Positions 57,098 to 64,000 of a stretch of 64,000 nt of DNA are shown here, one piece after another. The notes under the pieces were generated by a model, which had not been told where the DNA came from, searched no databases, and was given only the letters and a program-made list of their open reading frames with translations. Made by a program: the position numbers and the translations under genes. The stretch spans positions 32,001 through 96,000 of the forward strand of contig CAVZJB010000002.1 in assembly GCA_963775425.1 (NCBI GenBank). Reading direction: 5' to 3'. The first letter of the stretch is position 1. The number at the start of each line of letters is the position of its first letter. The stretch comes from an uncultured delta proteobacterium. GTDB taxonomy: Bacteria > Myxococcota > UBA727 > VGSZ01.

Positions 57098-57837
57098 GCG
57101 GCACTTCCATCACGCGCGACGGCGACGTCGCCGTGCTTCGGCTCGACGAGGGCCGCGGCAACGCGCTGTCGTCGTCGACCATCGAGGCCCTCGCGCGCGC
57201 GCTCGACGACGTCGAACAAAGCGGCGCGCGCGCGGTGATGCTCACCGGGCGCGGCAAGGTGTTCTCGGCGGGCCTCGACCTGCGCGCGTGCGCGCGCTTC
57301 AATCGTGCCGAGATGGTGCGCTACGTCGACGCGTTCGAGGCGCTGTTCGAGCGCGTGTTCTCGTACCGCCTGCCCATGGTGGCGGCGGTGAACGGCGCGG
57401 CCATCGCCGGCGGTGCGGTCATCGCGCTCGCCTGCGACCTGCGGGTGATGGCGCCGGGCGCGGTGCTCGGGCTCAACGAGGTGGAGCTCGGCCTGCCGTT
57501 TCCCTCCATGGCCCTCGAGATCGCCCGCTTCGGCGTGCCGCCGGCGTCGCACGCGGACGCGCTGCTGCTCGGGCGCACGTTCTCCGCCGCCGACGCCGTC
57601 GCGCGCGGCATCGCGCACGCCGAGGGCGGCGACGACGAAGCGCTCTCGCGCGCGCGTGAATTCCTGGCGCGCGGCACGGCCGCGGTGGGCACGGTGAAGC
57701 TCTCGCTGCGCGCGGGCGGCCTGTCGCGCGCGCGCCGCGAGGCCATCGCGAGCCGGCGCGCCTTCGTCGACGCGTTCTTCTCCGACGACGCCCAGGCGCG
57801 CATCCGCGGCGTGGTCGCCAAGCTCGAGAAGCGCTAG
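57094..57837 (+). CDS. Enoyl-CoA hydratase/isomerase family protein
   Basis: NALS, FSAGLDL, AAVNG.AIAGG...ALACD.R and NEV.LG motifs. Confidence 0.92.
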   Translation: MSGTSITRDGDVAVLRLDEGRGNALSSSTIEALARALDDVEQSGARAVMLTGRGKVFSAGLDLRACARFNRAEMVRYVDAFEALFERVFSYRLPMVAAVNGAAIAGGAVIALACDLRVMAPGAVLGLNEVELGLPFPSMALEIARFGVPPASHADALLLGRTFSAADAVARGIAHAEGGDDEALSRAREFLARGTAAVGTVKLSLRAGGLSRARREAIASRRAFVDAFFSDDAQARIRGVVAKLEKR

Positions 57838-57914
57838 CGCTGGATCGGTGTTCTACGGGCCGGGGACCACGCCGCAGGCCGCGCCGGTCGCGGCGGAAGA
57901 GACCACGGCGGCGC

Positions 57915-57956
57915 CGGGGACGAACGCGCCGGCGTCGCCCGACGCGTTCGTCCCCG
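57915..57956. terminator. Perfect 14-bp inverted repeat between convergent genes
   Basis: CGGGGACGAACGCG-N14-CGCGTTCGTCCCCG. Confidence 0.55.
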
Positions 57957-58048
57957 CGATGCACACGCGCGGTGCGGTGATGTCGCCGTCGGCACGTGTT
58001 GGGGTCTACGATGTCTGTATCGGCGCGCGGGCGCGAATGTTCACGTCG

Positions 58049-58927
58049 TCAAGACGCGCGCGATGTCTCCCACATCTTCGTCGCGCGCGCGGTGAGCACG
58101 AGATACGGCGGCGCGAACGCCACCGCGTACGCGCAGAGCCTGACGTCGTCGCGCGCGTACAGCGCGAGGAGGACGAAGAAGAACGCGGCCGCCGGCGCGC
58201 GCAGGAGCAGGTCGTCGAGGCGCAGCCGCACGGGGCCGCGCGCGGCGGCGACGGCGAGGCCGGCCGACAGGAGCCAGGCGACGACGACGAAGGGCGTGGC
58301 GTCGACGCCGCGCGGCAACCAGCGCAGCGCCAGCCACCACGACGCGAGCAGGAGCGCGTGCGCGGCGAGGGGGCCGGCGACGACGACGCCGAGGTCGCGG
58401 ACGACGGCGCGGCGCGGTTGGGCGCGTGTCCGCTCGAGGAGCAGCGCGGCGCCGAGCGTGAAGAAGCCCCAGCCGAGCACGCCGACGACCGGGACGTGGA
58501 AGGGCCCGGGCTCCGTCCATGACCACAGGCCGCTCTTCACGGCGATGGGCTCGATGAGCGAGGCGTCGGCGATGACGAGGAGCATCGCCGTGAACGCCGT
58601 AAGGGCCGGCCCGCGCTTCGCGCGCGGGCGCGCACGAACGAGGGCGCGCGCGAGATCGAGCGCCGACAGCACCACCACGGGCCAGATGCACACGATGGCC
58701 AGCGGCACGCGGTCGAGGAACGCCGACCACCCCGGCGCGTAGCCGTAGAAGTCGTAGAGCCGGATGGACGTCTCCTCGCCGATCCACGCGGCCGCCGCCA
58801 CCGCCGCCAACCGGGCCGCGAACGCCGCGCGCGCGCCGGGGGCCTCGCGCCGGACGCGCATCACCACCCACGTCGCCACGATGACGGCGCACGCGGGCTC
58901 GAGCGCGCCGCTCGACAGCGCGCTCAC
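58049..58927 (-). CDS. CruF/DUF422-like (carotenoid biosynthesis family) membrane protein
   Basis: GEE....Y.Y...W....VPLAI..IW; D..LIEP.AV..GLW.W.....VP....GW. Confidence 0.7.
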   Translation of the reverse strand: MSALSSGALEPACAVIVATWVVMRVRREAPGARAAFAARLAAVAAAAWIGEETSIRLYDFYGYAPGWSAFLDRVPLAIVCIWPVVVLSALDLARALVRARPRAKRGPALTAFTAMLLVIADASLIEPIAVKSGLWSWTEPGPFHVPVVGVLGWGFFTLGAALLLERTRAQPRRAVVRDLGVVVAGPLAAHALLLASWWLALRWLPRGVDATPFVVVAWLLSAGLAVAAARGPVRLRLDDLLLRAPAAAFFFVLLALYARDDVRLCAYAVAFAPPYLVLTARATKMWETSRAS

Positions 58928-58949
58928 GCCCGCCCCCGCGCCGCGGGGA

Positions 58950-59885
58950 TCACGCGCCGCTCCCGGGCAGCCCGAGCGCTTCCCACACGTGGTAGCCCGC
59001 GAGCAGCAGCACCCCGGCCCACGTCACCGCGATGCAGTCGCGCGTGGTGATGGGCGGGCGGCGGCGGATGCGCCACAGGAACGCGAGCTGCACGAGCGGC
59101 GCGGCGCCCATCACCGCCACGCGCCACGGCAAGACGCCCGCGACGTACGCGCCCGCGTCGACGACGAACGACGCGATCATCAAGCCGGCGGCGACGCGCC
59201 AGCCGGTTTCGACGCCGAAGAGCACCGGCCACGTGTGCACGTCGGCGAGGCGATCGCCCTCGACGTCGCGGAGGTCGTAGAGCACCTCGTACGACAGCTC
59301 GAACAAGAAGAAGAACAGCGCCGCCGCCGCCACAGTACCCACGGTGACGTCGGCGCGCCGCGAAAACACCGCGAGCGGGTAGCAGAACACCGTGAGGAGA
59401 AAGCCCGTGGCGCTGGCGCTGTTCTTCCAGAACGCGAGCTGCTTGATGCGCCGCCGCCCGGGCAAGAGCGGCCAGTTGTAGGCGAAGCCGAGGGCGTGAA
59501 AGGCGACGCGGAACGGCAGCAGCACCGGCGCCACCGCCGCCGTGGCCGCGAACGACGCCGCGAGCGCGCCGAAGCCCACGGCGAGCACCAGGCGCTTGTG
59601 GCGCGCCACGAGCTCGGTGCCGGCGATGGCGTTGGCGGCGTCCTCTTGGAGGTCCACCACGCGGTTCAGCAGGTTGACGACGAACCAGTCGCAGGCGGAG
59701 ACCGCGGCGAGCGCCAGGGCGGCGGCGGACGTGGGGCGGGCGCCGCAGAGCGCGAAGGCGAAGGTGAGCGTGCCCATGGCGCCGATGGCCACGATGTGGA
59801 TCCGCGCGATCGACAAGGCCGCTCCGACCGCGCTTGTTCGCGGCTCTCCGGGCCCGAGAGGCGCGCTGCGAGGGGCGATCTCCAC
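58950..59885 (-). CDS. UbiA-family prenyltransferase
   Basis: NRVVDLQEDAAN and YDLRDVEGD Asp-rich motifs; multiple TM segments. Confidence 0.88.
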   Translation of the reverse strand: MEIAPRSAPLGPGEPRTSAVGAALSIARIHIVAIGAMGTLTFAFALCGARPTSAAALALAAVSACDWFVVNLLNRVVDLQEDAANAIAGTELVARHKRLVLAVGFGALAASFAATAAVAPVLLPFRVAFHALGFAYNWPLLPGRRRIKQLAFWKNSASATGFLLTVFCYPLAVFSRRADVTVGTVAAAALFFFLFELSYEVLYDLRDVEGDRLADVHTWPVLFGVETGWRVAAGLMIASFVVDAGAYVAGVLPWRVAVMGAAPLVQLAFLWRIRRRPPITTRDCIAVTWAGVLLLAGYHVWEALGLPGSGA

Positions 59886-60002
59886 GGCGCGGAGGCTACA
59901 CCGATGATTTCTCCGCGCGGGATCGGTCTCGATGGGTGACTCGCTGAACGACCGACACCCGCGGCGCTTCGACCGACGCGCCGCAGCACAAGGAGAGACC
60001 CC

Positions 60003-60674
60003 ATGGACCTGCCCGTCATGCTCACCGTCCGCGGCACCCGCACCCCACGCTCCGTCGAGGAGGCCCGCGCGCTCCACAACACCACCGCCGGCTCCCCCCA
60101 GGGGATCGAGGGCGCACGATCGTTGAGCGACATCAGCCACTGCGTCTTCCTCCCCGCCGCCGGCGCCGGGAAGCTCACGGGGGCGAAGCCCGAGGAGATG
60201 CTGTTCATCGACTACTGGACGGACCCCGCCGGGCTGCAGCGCTTCTTTTCGAACCCGCAGGTGGTGGAGCAGGGCGCCAAGCTCTTCTCCGACAAGGACG
60301 CGGCGGTGTGGATGCCCGCGCGGGGCGCCTTCGCGTTCCGCGTGCCGCCGACGTCGGGGAAGCGCCCGGCGTTCGTGGGTCTGTTGCGCGCGCCGGTGAA
60401 GTCGCCGGAGGCGGCGATCGAGGCCTTCGCGGCGGTGCAGGGAAAGGGGCTGCAGGCGAACCGCCGCCGCGGCCAGCTCTCGCACGAGCTGTACGTGAAG
60501 CTCGGCGCGCCCGACGAGCCCGTCGAGGTCATCGGCGTCGACACGTGGTCGAGCCTCGAGGGCCTCGTCGAGGCCTACGCCGACCCGCGCGAGATGGCGC
60601 CGCTGATGGCGGCGTTCGCGGGGGCGCCGGCGGCGTCGGTGTGGGAGCAGGCCACGGGCTTCAACGAGTGGTGA
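60003..60674 (+). CDS. Hypothetical protein with two tandem alpha+beta (ABM-like) repeats
   Basis: AAGGAG RBS; internal duplication (ISH/LSH, IDYW/VDTW, NP/DP, AVW/SVW). Confidence 0.75.
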   Translation: MDLPVMLTVRGTRTPRSVEEARALHNTTAGSPQGIEGARSLSDISHCVFLPAAGAGKLTGAKPEEMLFIDYWTDPAGLQRFFSNPQVVEQGAKLFSDKDAAVWMPARGAFAFRVPPTSGKRPAFVGLLRAPVKSPEAAIEAFAAVQGKGLQANRRRGQLSHELYVKLGAPDEPVEVIGVDTWSSLEGLVEAYADPREMAPLMAAFAGAPAASVWEQATGFNEW

Positions 60675-60790
60675 CGGCTCAGGGGCGCGCGGTGGCCCAC
60701 GAGGGGTCGCCGCGCGGTCGACGAGGCCGCTTCGCCTTGCGCCGGTGCGGGAGGGCACGCGGCGAAGAAGGGACGGCGAAGGCGAAGGCG

Positions 60791-60857
60791 AAAAAGGCGA
60801 CGCGCACCTCTTGAGTGTCCGCCCCGCAGGGAGACCGCTCAAGCGGTGCGCGTCACC
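60791..60857 (-). terminator. Long hairpin terminator after ahcY
   Basis: GGTGACGCGCACCGCTTGAG...CTCAAGAGGTGCGCGTCGCC-TTTTT on the minus strand. Confidence 0.7.
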
Positions 60858-60888
60858 AGAATCCGCCGGTGTGACGACGGTGTCGCGA

Positions 60889-62346
<1,458 letters not shown>

Positions 62347-62351
62347 CGTGT

Positions 62352-63317
62352 CTATCCTCTCTGACCGACTGCGATCTGCAGCGGCTTGTCGTGTGAACCG
62401 GGAACGGGGTGGAGTGCGACGACGTCGAGGCCGGCACCCTCGATGAGCGCCCTCAGGCGCGCGGGATCGAAGCCGAGCCAGACGTCGCCTTGCTCGCGCA
62501 TGCTCTCGTCGTCGTGCGGGAGGTAATCGAGCACGGCGAGGTGTCCGCCGCGCTTCAACAGCGCTGCTGCCGCGGCGAGCGCGTCCTGCGGGCGGGCCGC
62601 GTGGTGGAGCACGCGCGCCATGGTGACGATGTCGGCGCCGCCCTTGCGCTTGACGTCCTCGAAGACGGCGGCGTCGTCGACGTCGCCCTCGAGGAGGCGC
62701 ACGTTGGCCAGGCCGAGGGTGGCGACGCGCTCGGCGCATCGGGCGAGCCGCGCGGCGCTGCGGTCGACGGCGACGACGCGCTCGTAGAGGGGCGCGAGCA
62801 GGGGCACGAGCGCGCCCTCCCCGGTGCCGACGTCGACGGCGAGCGCGCGGCCGGGCAGGAGCGGCGCGACCATGGGCAGGAGCGCGAGCGCCTCGCTCGC
62901 GAACGCGCCTCCGGGCACGGCGGGGCGCGCGGCGCCGTCGCCGTCGGCCCCGGCGGCGTCGTCGAAGAAGCGGCGCGCGTGCTCCTCACGCTGGCGCACG
63001 ACCACGGGGATGCGCGCGAGGCTGCCGTCGCGGACGCACAGGGCGCGGCCCTCGGCGAGGGCGGCGTCGACGACGGGGTCGGCGGCGGCGACGGCGGCGG
63101 ACAGGAGCGTGCGCGTGCCGTCCTTGCGCGCGTGCAGCAGCCCGGCCTCGCGCAGCGGCTGCGACTTCTTGGTGACCTGCGGCTGGCTCTCGTCGAGGAG
63201 CCCCGCGAGCTCGCCGACGGTCAGCTCCTCCTCGGCGCACAGCGCGAGGAGCCGCAGGCGATCGACGTCGCCCAGCAGGCGAAAGAGCTCCACGCGGGGG
63301 GCGGCGGCGGCGACCAC
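62352..63317 (-). CDS. ArsR-family HTH plus SAM-dependent methyltransferase regulator (SahR-like)
   Basis: L.D..RLRLL.L...[13 protein letters not shown]; DVGTGEG, VLHH and GD.WLGF; directly upstream of ahcY. Confidence 0.9.
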   Translation of the reverse strand: MVAAAAPRVELFRLLGDVDRLRLLALCAEEELTVGELAGLLDESQPQVTKKSQPLREAGLLHARKDGTRTLLSAAVAAADPVVDAALAEGRALCVRDGSLARIPVVVRQREEHARRFFDDAAGADGDGAARPAVPGGAFASEALALLPMVAPLLPGRALAVDVGTGEGALVPLLAPLYERVVAVDRSAARLARCAERVATLGLANVRLLEGDVDDAAVFEDVKRKGGADIVTMARVLHHAARPQDALAAAAALLKRGGHLAVLDYLPHDDESMREQGDVWLGFDPARLRALIEGAGLDVVALHPVPGSHDKPLQIAVGQRG

Positions 63318-63327
63318 GGCCCCACTC

Positions 63328-63360
63328 TATTCCTCCATTGGAATATTGGCAAGTATCAAT
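63328..63360. promoter_or_regulatory. Putative autoregulatory operator(s) of the SahR-like gene
   Basis: AT-rich TATTCC-N6-GGAATA and ATTG-N8-CAAT palindromes overlapping the promoter. Confidence 0.5.
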
Positions 63361-63394
63361 GAAACGGCATCTCAACGCCGTTTCCCGGCGGCCG

Positions 63395-63646
63395 CTACGA
63401 GCGCCGGGCGAGCCCGAGGACCAACATCAAGAGCACGGCGCCGATCACGCTGCCGATGAAGCCGGCGGTGTGCAGCGAGAACAGTTGCACGCCGTAGACG
63501 AGGTTGCCGAGGAGCCCGCCGACGAAGGAGCCGCCGATGCCGACGAGCGTGGTGAGGATGAATCCGAGCTTCTGCGGCCCCGGGATGACCGCTCGCGCGA
63601 CAAGCCCGACGATGAAGCCGAAGAGGATCCAGGCGATGATTCCCAT
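63395..63646 (-). CDS. GlsB/YeaQ/YmgE (transglycosylase-associated) small membrane protein
   Basis: MGIIAWILFGFIVGLVARAVIPG...GIGGSFVGG...FIGSVIGAVLL; GGAGG RBS. Confidence 0.92.
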   Translation of the reverse strand: MGIIAWILFGFIVGLVARAVIPGPQKLGFILTTLVGIGGSFVGGLLGNLVYGVQLFSLHTAGFIGSVIGAVLLMLVLGLARRS

Positions 63647-63744
63647 GGGAGACCTCCATGGGAAACATCACGTCGCGCGGGGCGGGGGACAAGCGTCCGG
63701 ATCAAGCGCCGCCGCTCCCCCCGGTCGCTGATCAAGCGGCGCGG

Positions 63745-64000
63745 CTACTTGACGAAGGGGCCCCACGCCGGGCTCGAGTGCTCGCCGGCGCCGGTCACCA
63801 CCGTCTGCGTGGTGCCGTCGAGGTTGCTCACGACGAGCTGGCGCGAGCCGTTGCGCGTGGTGGAGAACACCAGCATGCGGCCGTTGGGCGAAAACGAGGG
63901 CTCTTCGTTGCTGCCCTGGTCCTGCGTCACGCGCTTGATCTGGTTGCTGCGCAGGTCGAGGACGAAGATGTCGAAGACGTTGCGCTCGTCGCGCGCGGTG
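63745..64000 (-). CDS. tolB: TolB C-terminal PD40 repeats (partial)
   Basis: RDERNVFDIF..., NEEPSFSPNGR.LVF.TTR and SPAW motifs. Confidence 0.8.
   Translation of the reverse strand, partial: TARDERNVFDIFVLDLRSNQIKRVTQDQGSNEEPSFSPNGRMLVFSTTRNGSRQLVVSNLDGTTQTVVTGAGEHSSPAWGPFVK

Overview
A very GC-rich (by eye above 70%) bacterial window. The gene content suggests Myxococcota or a related deltaproteobacterium (inference): Ser/Thr kinases, an FHA protein, FG-GAP and Cys-rich lipoproteins, and sigma-54 regulation. It holds about 60 CDSs and two divergent tRNA-Ser genes. Housekeeping genes include purEK, a polA-like gene, xth, xseB-ispA, rlmI, a single-chain xdh, ahcY with a SahR-like regulator, and the 3' end of tolB. 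There is one internally deleted IS1182-like remnant and no CRISPR array, rRNA or prophage. Four observations stand out. (1) A sigma-54 module: a TonB receptor, periplasmic binding protein, HAMP kinase and bEBP operon sits back-to-back, through two -24/-12 promoters and a shared palindrome, with a lysine-free acidic lipoprotein. (2) A secreted pyroglutamyl-peptidase-like (C15) protein has circularly permuted catalytic motifs. (3) A 13-residue motif precedes delayed signal peptides in two unrelated secreted proteins 43 kb apart; one of them lies head-to-head with an Skp/OmpH-like gene that lacks a signal peptide. (4) A UbiA gene is paired with a CruF-like gene. All calls come from reading motifs by eye; no database search was run.
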